NCBI GenBank assembly: GCA_963727525.1
Contig: CAVSGO010000007.1
Coordinates: 288,001-352,000 of the forward strand
DNA from: an uncultured bacterium
GTDB lineage: Bacteria; Krumholzibacteriota; Krumholzibacteriia; LZORAL124-64-63
Length of the DNA: 64,000 bases
Direction of reading: 5' to 3'
Shown: one piece after another, positions 41,145 to 50,740 of the stretch
Layout: every line of letters starts with the position of its first letter
How positions within the stretch are numbered: position 1 is the stretch's first letter
Translations under genes and position numbers: made by a program
Notes under the pieces: generated by a model
Databases searched by the model: none
What the model was told of the DNA's origin: nothing
What the model saw: only the letters and a program-made list of their open reading frames with translations

Positions 41145-42179
41145 CTAGCCCGGCTCGATCCGCCCCTCTCGCTCGTGCCAGAACCGATGGCAGCGGCTGC
41201 AAAGGGTGATCAGATTCTCGGGTCGATTGGGGCCCCCCTGGCCTCGCGGCACGATGTGATGCACTTCGAGAAAGTGCGCCGCGTCACACCCAGGCGTGGC
41301 GCACCGATATCGGTCGCGCGCAAGCACCGCTGCCCGGATCTTCGGCGGAATCGTGGCGCGATTTGGCGCCCATGTGCCATCGCGGACCCGGGCATCGCAG
41401 ACCGTTGCGGCCGCGTCATTCGGAGAGAGGCGCTTCTCACCGTGACTGGTGACAGCCGCGGCAGCCTCGCACGTCGGACACTGCCGGACGATGATCTGGA
41501 CCGGCGGCCGCCCCGTAGCCGTGGTGCCGGCACCAATGGCCTCATCCCCGGTCCCCCCGGCCAGCGCCGCCAGGGCGGCGAGCAGGATCTCCTCACGCGT
41601 TGTCTCGCTCAATACGTGCCGCCGTTTGCGCACCTTCTCGATCAGCGCTTCGAACCGCGCGAGCTGGATCCCGTCGAGCCTGAAGCTGACCGTCGTGGGC
41701 GGATCCTCCTGCGGCCGCGCCTCTGGTGCCGGCACCATTGCGAGCTGGGCGGCGGGCGATTTCACCCTCTTCGCCCGGGCCTTCCTGACCTCGACGGCGA
41801 GCTCGCGGCGCCCGAGCCGACTCGCCTTCTCGACCCAATTAGTCTCCGTGGCCGGCGTAGCGACCGCCCCGACCTGCTGGGCCTTCGTCCAGCCGATCGA
41901 ACCATCAGCGACAGCGGCACGCAGTCGGGGAAGGCGTTCGAGATCGTCTGCGAGGCGTCTGAATCGGAAGTAGCGATCGCGTGAGAACCCGAGGGACTGG
42001 GTGGCATAGAGTTCCAGGGATGGCTGGCCGAGGTCGCGGTATAGCCGCCTCTGTGCGACCTCAGCGAACCAGAGGACAGCGCACTGCTGAGCCTGTTCGC
42101 AGACCTCGAGTGCTGCGCGAAGCGCATGGTCGACCGACTCGGCGGCAAGGCCGGGGGTGAAGGCCGGGAGCTGGGGCAT
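41145..42179 (-). CDS. HNH endonuclease with long N-terminal (DUF222-like) region
   Basis: C-terminal VLARDRYRCATPGC..LEVHHIVPRGQGG.N..ENLITLCSRCH. Confidence 0.85.
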   Translation of the reverse strand: MPQLPAFTPGLAAESVDHALRAALEVCEQAQQCAVLWFAEVAQRRLYRDLGQPSLELYATQSLGFSRDRYFRFRRLADDLERLPRLRAAVADGSIGWTKAQQVGAVATPATETNWVEKASRLGRRELAVEVRKARAKRVKSPAAQLAMVPAPEARPQEDPPTTVSFRLDGIQLARFEALIEKVRKRRHVLSETTREEILLAALAALAGGTGDEAIGAGTTATGRPPVQIIVRQCPTCEAAAAVTSHGEKRLSPNDAAATVCDARVRDGTWAPNRATIPPKIRAAVLARDRYRCATPGCDAAHFLEVHHIVPRGQGGPNRPENLITLCSRCHRFWHEREGRIEPG

Positions 42180-42426
42180 GGCGGAGTGGGCGCTTTCTGG
42201 GAGGAAAGGGGTAGCGAAAATATAGCGAAACAAAACTGCGGGGCGCAAGTGGATAACCCAATAATTGTTGAGCAATTAAGCTCTCATATCTACGGGTGTG
42301 CCTATTGGGGAAATATTGTGCCGTCGCACGAATTCCGGTCGTTTTCGGTAGCCGATAACTATGAAATTCGGTTAGAATCCTGCAATCGAGGATGTGGATC
42401 CCACCTCGAGACACGGGGAGCCTCCC

Positions 42427-42743
42427 ATGAAGACCCGAAGCTGTCGTCTGTTTCTTGGCTACGGTAGCTGCGTTGCTTTGGTACTTCGTCCCGATATGCC
42501 TATGGTGCTGGCTATCAAGCAGACCAATCAGTCGAAGGCAATCCTGTCCCCGGTGATCCTTTAGGTGGCGTTCAGGATGCCCTAAGTGGTGGCGGTGGGC
42601 CGAATGGCGACAATCCAGTGTTTGTCATAGTTATTGGACCTTCCGAGTGCGTTCGTGGGCTTCACCACTCTGCTCCGTGGATCGTACTTGATAAAGCCGA
42701 TCTTCGGATTGTCGCGGTTCAGCTGCGCGGTGAAGTGCATTAA
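42427..42743 (+). pseudogene. Small secreted protein / peptide precursor, interrupted by two apparent single-base insertions
   Basis: GGGGAG RBS and ATG 42427. Removing one base near 42439 and one near 42497 gives MKTRAVVCFLATVAALLWYFVPIAYG-AGYQADQSVEGNPVPGDPLGG...GEVH*, whose TAA overlaps the next ATG. Confidence 0.5.
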
Positions 42744-45235
42744 TGTATCACATCGTGCACCTACATCTAAGTGGCATGCAGACAATGAATGAGCTTCGTA
42801 GAAACGCGGAAACCCTCGATAAAGCAGTCGATCCTCAGGTCTTCGATGAGGCGAAGTCTTGTTTTGAAACGGAGAATTCCAAGACAGTCTGGCAATATTG
42901 TGGCGCAACTCCTTTCCGGATCCCAATCCACAATCGCTTTAGCGGGTATTTGTGTTCGCGATTGTTGGGTCTAGCTGGCGTGGAATCATGCAAAAGCTCG
43001 GTAGATATGATGAGTGTACGGAGTTGTTGGACTGGCTCGCAAAACAATTGGACGATGACGTAACGTTATTTGAGATCGAGCTAATTCGTGGTTGGGTCCA
43101 ATTTTGTAGATGCGGGTACGAGCTGCTAGAGTCGGAATTTTCAGACAAGATTTCGCAAGCGGTTGAGTCTTGGCATCCGAGGCTGGCAGATCTTTTATTC
43201 ATACGTGCAAATGCCCGGATGATGTTAGACCGACGCGCAGATGCCAAATTCGACTGCGAAGTTGGCTACCAGATATCCCGAATTCAGGCGAAGCGTCACG
43301 ACTCCGCAAAGTTTGCTAATCTACTTGGTATCCTGGAAGTTTATCAGGGTTTTTACATGCGGGCAGTCGAGTGGTTCGAGGAAGCATATCGTCTTAATCT
43401 TGAACTCAATATATTCGCGCGACTGTGGGATGAATTGCTTAAATATAGGTGTTGCATGCTATAAAGCCGGATATCTCGACAAATCAGTTGACCACTTGGA
43501 CAGGGCACTCGCGTATTTTACGGATTTTGCAATTCCAATCAGTCTCACCCGCACCCACATCGCCCTTGGCAACGTCCACCGCCTCCTGGAAGACCACACC
43601 ACCGCCCGCAAACATCTGACTCAGGCCTACACGCTGGCGGCGGAGTTGAAGGTGCCGCGCGAGGAGTGTCTGGCGCTCGAATTCCTTGGCGACGTCTATC
43701 GCGATGAGGGCAAGCCGGAGGAGGCGCGGCGTTACTACGCGCGCGGGATGGCGATCGCGCAGGAGATCGCGCCCAGGGGTGACCTGGTGATGGAGTTGCG
43801 GCGTCGGGAGGGCGAGTGTCTGACGCTGGAGGGCAAGGTGGCGGCGGCGTTGCCGGTGCTGAACGAGGCGCGCAAGCATGCGGCGCGGCTGGGGGATCGT
43901 TACGAGGAAGGGGTGACGCTGCGTTGCCTGGCGCAGGCGATGCAGGCGATCGGCGATGTGCGCAACGCGCAGCGTTACGCGGAGGAGGCGTGCGATCTGC
44001 TGGGGGCGATCGAGGCGCGGCTGGAGCATCTGTCGGCGCGGTTGGTGGCGGGTCAGGCGTTGATCGCGCGCAGTAGCGACGTCAAGGAGGAGGTGGCGCC
44101 GCGGGATCTGCTGGATGCGGCCTGGGAGCATGGTGTGGCGGCGCAGGCGCTGAGCCGTGAGGTGGGGATCGCGTCGTGGTCGTCATCGGTGCAGCGGATG
44201 CAGTCGCGGATCGCGAAGCGGCGGATGGAGGAGACGCGTTACGCGGTGCGGCGCGTGCAGAGCAAGGACGATCGCTACGAGGCGCGGGACGTGATCGTGG
44301 CGCAGTCGCGTTCGATGCAGGAGGTGCTGCAGGCAGTCGAGGCGTTTGCTCCGTACGACGAGCCGGTGCTGGTGATCGGGGAGACGGGGACGGGCAAGGA
44401 AGTGATCGCGCGGCGCTTGCATGAGCTGAGTCCGCGGCAGGGGAAGCCGTTCGTGGCGGTGAACATGACGGCGGTGCCGACGACGATGTTCGAGCGTGAG
44501 TTCTTCGGCCACGTGCGGGGTGCGTTCAGCGGGGCGGAGATGGACCGGACGGGCTACGCGGCGGAGGCAGATGGGGGGACGCTGTTCCTGGACGAGGTCG
44601 GGGACATGCCGTCGGAGGTGCAGGCGAAGCTGCTGCGGTTGCTGCAGGACGGATCTTACAACGTGCTCGGGGATCCGGACACGCGGTATGCGGATCTGCG
44701 GGTGATCGCGGCGACGAACCTGGATCTCGAGGAGGCGGTGGCTCAGGGGAAGTTCCGGGAAGACCTTTTCTACAGGTTACGGATCCTGGAGATCCACCTG
44801 GCGCCGTTGCGGAAGCGGCCCGAGGACGTGTTGCCGCTGCTGGAGCACTTTCTGAGCGAGGCTGTGGGGCGGAAGGTGGCGGCGACGGATTACTTCAGCA
44901 CGCAGAGCCTGGGCCTGCTGCAGCGTTACCCGTGGGCAGGGAATGCGCGCGAGGTGGCGTTGATCGCGCGTCGGGCGGCGATCAGCCAGAAGGTGCTGGG
45001 CGTGGTGGACGTGGAACTGGGCAGCGGTCGCGACGCGTTGGTGCTGGCGGGTCCGGGTCGTCAGGCGAAAGCGGCGGCGGGATCGTCGGGCGCGGGGGAG
45101 GTCGCGGAGCTGTCGCGGGCGCGGTTGCTGCTGGCGCTGGAGGAAGCGGGAGGCAATCGGGCGGAGGCGGCGCGGCGGCTGGGGATCTCGCGGGCGGCGC
45201 TGTACCGGCGGCTGGAGAGATTCGGTTTCGACTAG
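42743..45235 (+). CDS. TPR-containing sigma-54-dependent transcriptional activator (two frameshifts in the low-GC N-terminal part)
   Basis: Three consecutive ORF pieces (42743, 42952 and 43241 frames) join into a TPR array; GETGTGKE, GAFSGA, LFLDEVG, FREDLFYRL, WAGNARE, Fis-type HTH. Exact start uncertain. Confidence 0.8.
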
Positions 45236-46455
45236 CCATCGTTGGCCATGGCCGCTCCGGCGATGGCGCCGCCGGTCCAGGCGGCCTGCAGATTGAAACC
45301 TCCCGTGATGCCATCGATATCGAGGATCTCGCCGGCGAAGTAGAGGCCGGCTACGCGTTTGCTCTCCATGCAGCGCAGGTCGACCTCGGTGAGCGTTACG
45401 CCGCCGCAGGTGACGAACTCGTCCTTGTTCAGGCTCTTTCCCGTCACGGCGAAGCGTGCGTCGTGGATCTGTGTGGCAAGGGCGCGGGTCTCCACCTTCG
45501 TCAATTCGGTCCAGATGCGATCGGGCGCGATCCCGGCGGCGCTGGTGAGCCGTTCCCAGAGTCGGCGGGGGACGCCGATCGCCGGTCCCCCGGCGACCTT
45601 CTTGCGCGGGTGCTCCTGTCGGGCCTGGGCGATGGCGGAGGCGAGGTCGTCGGGATGGAGGTCGGGCGCCCAGTCGATCGCGATCTCGAACAGGTAATCG
45701 CGCATGGCGAGTTCGCGCGCTCCCCAGGCCGAGAGTTTGAGCACGCCAGGGCCACTGATGCCCCAGTGTGTGACGAGCACCGGGCCCTGCTGGCGCAGGC
45801 TCTTGATGCCGGTCACGGCGACGACCGCGTCGGGCACGCTGACGCCCGCCAGGTCGGCGAGTCGCGGGTCGTCGATGCGAAACGTGAAGAGAGAGGGCAC
45901 GGGATCGATGATCGCGTGGCCAAGCGCGCGCACGAGCGTTTCGCCGCCGCCGGCGCGCATGCCGCCGGATGCCACGAGCAGTCGGTCGCCGTGAACGGTC
46001 GCCCCGGACTCGAGGGTGACGACGAAGCCGTCGTCGTCGCGTCGCACCGAGGTGGCTCCGCAGCGCAGGCGCAGCTCCACGCCGGCCGCCTCGGCGGCGC
46101 CGAGGAGGGCGTCGATGACTGTCTGCGACGAGTCGGTGGTGGGGAACATGCGACCGTCGGACTCGGTCTTCAGGGGCACGCCGTGCTCCGCGAACCAGGC
46201 GACCGTCTGGGGCACGTGCCAGCGACTGAAGGGGCCGCGCAGCTCGCGGCCGCCACGCGGATAGCTCGCGACGAGGATGCGGGGGTCGTGGCAGTCGTGA
46301 GTGACGTTGCAGCGTCCGCCGCCCGAGATGGCCACCTTGGTCAGCGGTCGCGGTCCCTTCTCGAGTACCACGACCTGGGCGCCGTGCTGCGCGGCGTGGA
46401 TAGCGGCGAAGGTGCCGGCGGCGCCGGCGCCGATGACGACGATCCGTCGGGCCAT
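45232..46455 (-). CDS. HI0933/BaiN family flavoprotein
   Basis: IGAGAAG, KVAISGGGRCNVT, GRMFP, THWGISGP, VTCGGV, GEILDIDGITGGFNLQAAW. Confidence 0.92.
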   Translation of the reverse strand: MARRIVVIGAGAAGTFAAIHAAQHGAQVVVLEKGPRPLTKVAISGGGRCNVTHDCHDPRILVASYPRGGRELRGPFSRWHVPQTVAWFAEHGVPLKTESDGRMFPTTDSSQTVIDALLGAAEAAGVELRLRCGATSVRRDDDGFVVTLESGATVHGDRLLVASGGMRAGGGETLVRALGHAIIDPVPSLFTFRIDDPRLADLAGVSVPDAVVAVTGIKSLRQQGPVLVTHWGISGPGVLKLSAWGARELAMRDYLFEIAIDWAPDLHPDDLASAIAQARQEHPRKKVAGGPAIGVPRRLWERLTSAAGIAPDRIWTELTKVETRALATQIHDARFAVTGKSLNKDEFVTCGGVTLTEVDLRCMESKRVAGLYFAGEILDIDGITGGFNLQAAWTGGAIAGAAMANDG

Positions 46456-46457
46456 GC

Positions 46458-47297
46458 TCACACTTGCCTCCGCGCGCCAACCGTGAGCGCGACGATGTAG
46501 ATGATGGCGGCCACGAGAATGGTCGCCGCACCAGTCGGGAGGTCCCAGCGATAACTCGCCGCCAGGCCGACCGTGGTGGCCACGGCGCAGATGACGACTG
46601 CGCCAGCCATCATGGTGCCGAGTCGGGAAGTGAATCGGCCGGCGGCCGCGGCCGGCAAGGTGAGCAGGGCGATGGCCATGACGATGCCGACGACGTATAC
46701 CAGGCTCACGACCGTGAGCGCCACCAGCACGAGGAGTAACGTATGCCATAGACCGACGTGCAGTCCGCGCAGTGCCGCGAATTCCTCGTCGAACGCGACG
46801 GCGAGCAGCGGCTGGGCGAAGATCGCGGTGATGCCGAGCACGAGTGCATCGAGGACCAGGAGCACGCCGAGCGCGCGCCCATCGACCATCACGATGTTTC
46901 CGAAGAGGTAGCTCATGAGATCGGACTTGTAGCCGGGCGTGCGAAAGAGGAAGAGCACGCCTATGGCCATGCCAACGGCCCAGAGCGCGGAGATGATGGT
47001 GTCCTCGCGATCCGTGCCGCGGGCGCGAGCCCAGCCGAGGATCAGGGCCGCGACGATCGCGGCGGCCACCGCCCCGTGCAAGGGATGCAGCCCGGTCCAG
47101 CCCTGCGTCACGTGCAGGTAATATGCGGCGCCCATTCCGCCGAGGATGGTGTGGGCGAGGCTTCCGGCAACGGCCGTGATGCGACGGGTGACCACGAAGG
47201 TGCCGATCACGCCGCAGGCGAGGCTGGCCGCGAGTCCGGCCAGGAGGGCCTGGCGCAGGAAAGCGTAATGACGCAGCGCGTCCAGGAAATCAGGCAT
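46458..47297 (-). CDS. znuB: Zn/Mn ABC transporter permease
   Basis: Hydrophobic; SLAHTILGG, LMSYLFGNI, FDEEFA, LPTGA. Confidence 0.88.
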   Translation of the reverse strand: MPDFLDALRHYAFLRQALLAGLAASLACGVIGTFVVTRRITAVAGSLAHTILGGMGAAYYLHVTQGWTGLHPLHGAVAAAIVAALILGWARARGTDREDTIISALWAVGMAIGVLFLFRTPGYKSDLMSYLFGNIVMVDGRALGVLLVLDALVLGITAIFAQPLLAVAFDEEFAALRGLHVGLWHTLLLVLVALTVVSLVYVVGIVMAIALLTLPAAAAGRFTSRLGTMMAGAVVICAVATTVGLAASYRWDLPTGAATILVAAIIYIVALTVGARRQV

Positions 47298-48057
47298 CGG
47301 AATCCCCGGTCGGTGGCGGGCAGGTGTCGTGGTCATGGCGCACGAGCACCATCCCATCCATGCCGGGAAAGTAGTCAGCCAGCTCGCCGCCGATTTCGCT
47401 CGTCGCGGGTTTGTGCACGTGGCCGTCGTGGACGCATACGACCTGACGAACGTGGCGCGACACGACGCTCACGTCGTGCGAGACCACCATGATCGTCAGG
47501 TGGGCGTTGAGCTGGGACAGCAGTTCGTAGAGCTCGCGCGTCGCGGCGGGGTCGAGCCCGGCCGTGGGTTCGTCCAGGAGCAGCAGCTCGGGCTCGGTGG
47601 CGAGCGCGCGCGCGATGAGCACACGCTGCCGCTGACCGCCGGAGAGGGCGGCGAAGGGGCGCTCGGCGAGGTCGGCGGCTTCGACGGCCGCGAGCGTACG
47701 CATGGCGGCGTCGCGGTCGCGGGCCGAGGGTGGGCCCAGCGGTGGGCGCGGTCCGAGGCGTCCCAGCATGACGACCTGGCGCACCGTGATGGGAAATGCG
47801 TGATCGAGGCGCGACTGCTGGGGCAGGTAGCCCACGCGCGGACGCGCCCTTGCCGGTCGCTCGCCGAGTACGCGCACATCGCCGGCCGTGGGTGCGAGCA
47901 GCCCGAGCACGAGCTTGAGGATCGTGGTCTTGCCGCTGCCGTTGGGACCGATGAGCGCGGCGAAGCCGCCGGTGGGCACCGTCAGCATGACGTCATGAAG
48001 AACGGACGTGCGCCCGTAACCGAAAGCCACCCCCTGCAGGCTCACGGCCGCGCTCAT
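47290..48057 (-). CDS. znuC: Zn/Mn ABC transporter ATP-binding protein
   Basis: GPNGSGKT, LSGGQRQR, LLDEP, VSHD. Confidence 0.9.
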   Translation of the reverse strand: MSAAVSLQGVAFGYGRTSVLHDVMLTVPTGGFAALIGPNGSGKTTILKLVLGLLAPTAGDVRVLGERPARARPRVGYLPQQSRLDHAFPITVRQVVMLGRLGPRPPLGPPSARDRDAAMRTLAAVEAADLAERPFAALSGGQRQRVLIARALATEPELLLLDEPTAGLDPAATRELYELLSQLNAHLTIMVVSHDVSVVSRHVRQVVCVHDGHVHKPATSEIGGELADYFPGMDGMVLVRHDHDTCPPPTGDSDA

Positions 48058-48905
48058 GGCGCCTCCTTCGCGAGCCCCCGCGCGATCGCAGCGGCGATCC
48101 GGCGCAGGTTGGCGACCACGTCACGCGCGAGCGGATCGACCGTGATCACCTCCAGGTCGGCATCTTCGGCCACGGTGCGGGCCGACGTGGCCGCGAACTG
48201 GGGTTGCACGAAGATCGCCCGCGCGCCCTGGCGGCGCACAGTTGCGAGCACCGACGCCAGATGGCGCGGACTCGGCTCGAGGCCACCGGTCTCGATCGGC
48301 AGTTCGTGCAGACCATAGTCGCGGCACAGGTAGGCGAACGCCGGATGAAAGACGACGAGTGTGCGTCCCTGCACCGGCGCGAGCTGTACGCGTAGCTCGC
48401 GATCGACGGCGACGAGCGAATCGCGTACGGCAAGGCCGCGCTCGCGGTAGGTGTCGGCGTGCGCAGGGTCGAGCCGGGTGAGCGTGGCTGCAATCGTGGC
48501 TGCCTGGTGCGCGCACGGGAGCGGACTCAGCCAGATGTGAGGATCGGCTTCGCCGTGCGCATGGTCGTCATCGGTGATCAGCGTGCAGCCCTCCCGCAGA
48601 TCGACGACTTCGAGATTGGGAAACAGCCGCGCGATCCGTCCGGCCAGCGTGTTTTCCATGGGCACGCCCGCGCGCAGCCAGACGCGAGCGCCCTGGAGGG
48701 CGGTCAGCTCGCGGGGCGTGGGGTCGTAGGTCTGTGGCGACTGCCCCGGCCCGACCAGGACGTGGACGTCGACGAGATCACCACCGATCGCCGCCGCCAG
48801 GCCCGCGTGGGGCAGGATGCTGACGATCACGGGCAGGGGCGCCGCCGAGGCGGTGCCCGCGAGGGCAGCGGTCATCACGAACGCGATGAGCGCATGGCGG
48901 ACCAT
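48054..48905 (-). CDS. znuA: Zn/Mn ABC transporter substrate-binding protein
   Basis: Signal peptide; HAHGEADPHIWLSP, FHPAFAY. Confidence 0.9.
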   Translation of the reverse strand: MVRHALIAFVMTAALAGTASAAPLPVIVSILPHAGLAAAIGGDLVDVHVLVGPGQSPQTYDPTPRELTALQGARVWLRAGVPMENTLAGRIARLFPNLEVVDLREGCTLITDDDHAHGEADPHIWLSPLPCAHQAATIAATLTRLDPAHADTYRERGLAVRDSLVAVDRELRVQLAPVQGRTLVVFHPAFAYLCRDYGLHELPIETGGLEPSPRHLASVLATVRRQGARAIFVQPQFAATSARTVAEDADLEVITVDPLARDVVANLRRIAAAIARGLAKEAP

Positions 48906-48908
48906 CGT

Positions 48909-49343
48909 TCAGTCTCCCTCCCGGCAGCGATCGCAGCGACCGCGCACCTGCACCTCGACCTCGCCGCGGCGTAGCGCACGCGGATCCCGGCGTGTCCCGT
49001 GCAGCGCCACCGTGGCCGCCGGCAGACACTGCACGGTGCCGCAAGCGGTGCAGACGAAGTGCGGGTGCGAGCTTGACCCGTGAGAGGTCCGGCTGTCCTC
49101 GAATCGCCAGAGGCGGTCGCCCAGCTCGGTGCGCCGGGCCAGTCCGACCCGGACGAGATCACAGAGATTCCGGTAGAGGGTCGCGCGGTCGAAGCTGCGA
49201 CCACGGAGGGCTGCCGTGACTTCGGGATGGGAGAGCGGCACGGCGCGCTCGCGCAGCAGGGCGAGCACGGCGAGTCGCGGGGCCGTGATGCGCAGGCCGG
49301 CGTGGTGGAGATCACGGCGCAGATCGGTGGCGTCGACCGCCAT
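48909..49343 (-). CDS. Fur family regulator, probably Zur
   Basis: GLRITAPR, ATLYRNL, HPHFVCTACG, C-terminal CDRC; first gene of the znu operon. Confidence 0.9.
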   Translation of the reverse strand: MAVDATDLRRDLHHAGLRITAPRLAVLALLRERAVPLSHPEVTAALRGRSFDRATLYRNLCDLVRVGLARRTELGDRLWRFEDSRTSHGSSSHPHFVCTACGTVQCLPAATVALHGTRRDPRALRRGEVEVQVRGRCDRCREGD

Positions 49344-49381
49344 GGATACGCTCCTCGCGGATGAAGGCCGGGGCCAAGCTA

Positions 49382-49405
49382 ACGCAATCCTGTTGCAATT
49401 GCAAC
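49382..49405. promoter_or_regulatory. Candidate Zur/Fur-family operator
   Basis: ACGCAATCCTGTTGCAA dyad overlapping a perfect 14-bp palindrome GTTGCAATTGCAAC, about 40 nt upstream of the Fur-family gene. Confidence 0.55.
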
Positions 49406-49447
49406 GGCGCAGTTGCCGGATCGCGGCGGGACGATCACTCTAGGATC

Positions 49448-50635
49448 ATGGCGAGACTTGCCGAATTCCTCTCCCTGCTCTCCCTGCAACTCGCTGCAGG
49501 TCTGGTCGGACTGGGCGTGCTGCGGTTCGCGCTGCCCGCGTGGTGGAGACGCCGCGGTGTGCGCCGCATGGCGCTGGGCGTGCTGACGATCGATCTGCTG
49601 TTGCCGCTCGCCTGGTTCGTCCTCGCGCGCGATGGGACGGCCCAGATCGCCGACGGACTCGTGCCGCTCCTTATTCTCCTCTTTGCGGGGCAGGGGGCGC
49701 TGGCCATCGGCCTGGCGCTCGTGGCCCTGCTGAAGGCGGCCTCGCGGCGCCCGCTGGGTGCGAACGCGCCGGCTCATCCCGGCCGGCGGCGCTTCCTGCT
49801 GGGGGCGGCCGCCGCCGCGGTTCCGGTGGCGGCGGCGTCGGTGTGCGGGGCGGGCGTCGCGGAGGCGGGACAGGTCGCCCGTCTTCGCTTGCGCACGGTG
49901 CGCCTCCCGCGTCTGCCGGCGGCGCTTGAGGGGATGCGCATCCTGCACATCTCCGACGTCCATCTCTGGACTCTCGTGCACGTGGACGATCTGGCGCGCG
50001 CGCTGGACCAGGTGACGCCGGGCGACGCAGACCTCGTGTGCGTGACCGGTGATCTGGCCGACGACTTCACGCAGCTACCGGACGCGCTGGAGCGAATCGC
50101 GGCACTTGCGCCGCCGCTGGGATGCTTCGCGAGCCTTGGCAATCACGAGCACGCGCGGGGTCTCGAGAAATGTCTGCCCATCTTCGCGGCAGGACCCGTC
50201 TCGCTGCTGAGGACCGCTGGACGGCATTTGCGATGGCGGGATACGGACCTCTCTCTGCTCGGTATCGACGATCCGCGCGCGAATGTGCACCAGAGCCGGG
50301 CGGATTTCTACAAGCAGCAAGTGGCCAGCGTGATGGCGCCCGTTCCGGCGGATACTTTCACCATCCTCATGAGCCATCGCCCGCCCGGTTTCGACGAGGC
50401 GGCGCGGCACGGCATCGATCTCACGCTCTCCGGCCACACGCACGGTGGGCAGGCCGCTTTGTTCGGGCACTCGATCCTGGAAGTCACGAGCCCGGAGAAG
50501 TACCCATGGGGCGTGTACCGGCTGGGCGAGAGCGTGCTACACGTCACCTGCGGGGCGGGGCAGTGGTTTCCTTTCCGCCTGGGATGTCCTGCGGAACTCG
50601 TGATGCTGGAGTTGCGACGAGGCGAGCCGGCCTGA
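49448..50635 (+). CDS. Membrane-anchored metallophosphoesterase (YkuE/YaeI-like)
   Basis: N-terminal TM helices; SDVH, TGDLAD, LGNHE, LSGHTHGGQ. Confidence 0.9.
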   Translation: MARLAEFLSLLSLQLAAGLVGLGVLRFALPAWWRRRGVRRMALGVLTIDLLLPLAWFVLARDGTAQIADGLVPLLILLFAGQGALAIGLALVALLKAASRRPLGANAPAHPGRRRFLLGAAAAAVPVAAASVCGAGVAEAGQVARLRLRTVRLPRLPAALEGMRILHISDVHLWTLVHVDDLARALDQVTPGDADLVCVTGDLADDFTQLPDALERIAALAPPLGCFASLGNHEHARGLEKCLPIFAAGPVSLLRTAGRHLRWRDTDLSLLGIDDPRANVHQSRADFYKQQVASVMAPVPADTFTILMSHRPPGFDEAARHGIDLTLSGHTHGGQAALFGHSILEVTSPEKYPWGVYRLGESVLHVTCGAGQWFPFRLGCPAELVMLELRRGEPA

Positions 50636-50740
50636 CCGACGCCCCGGGCCTTGCCAGGATGCGGCCAACACGCCAACTTTGCAGGGACCATCGGATTCGC
50701 CCCCGGCGGCCTCACCTTGCTTGCGAGGAGCGTGATCAAC

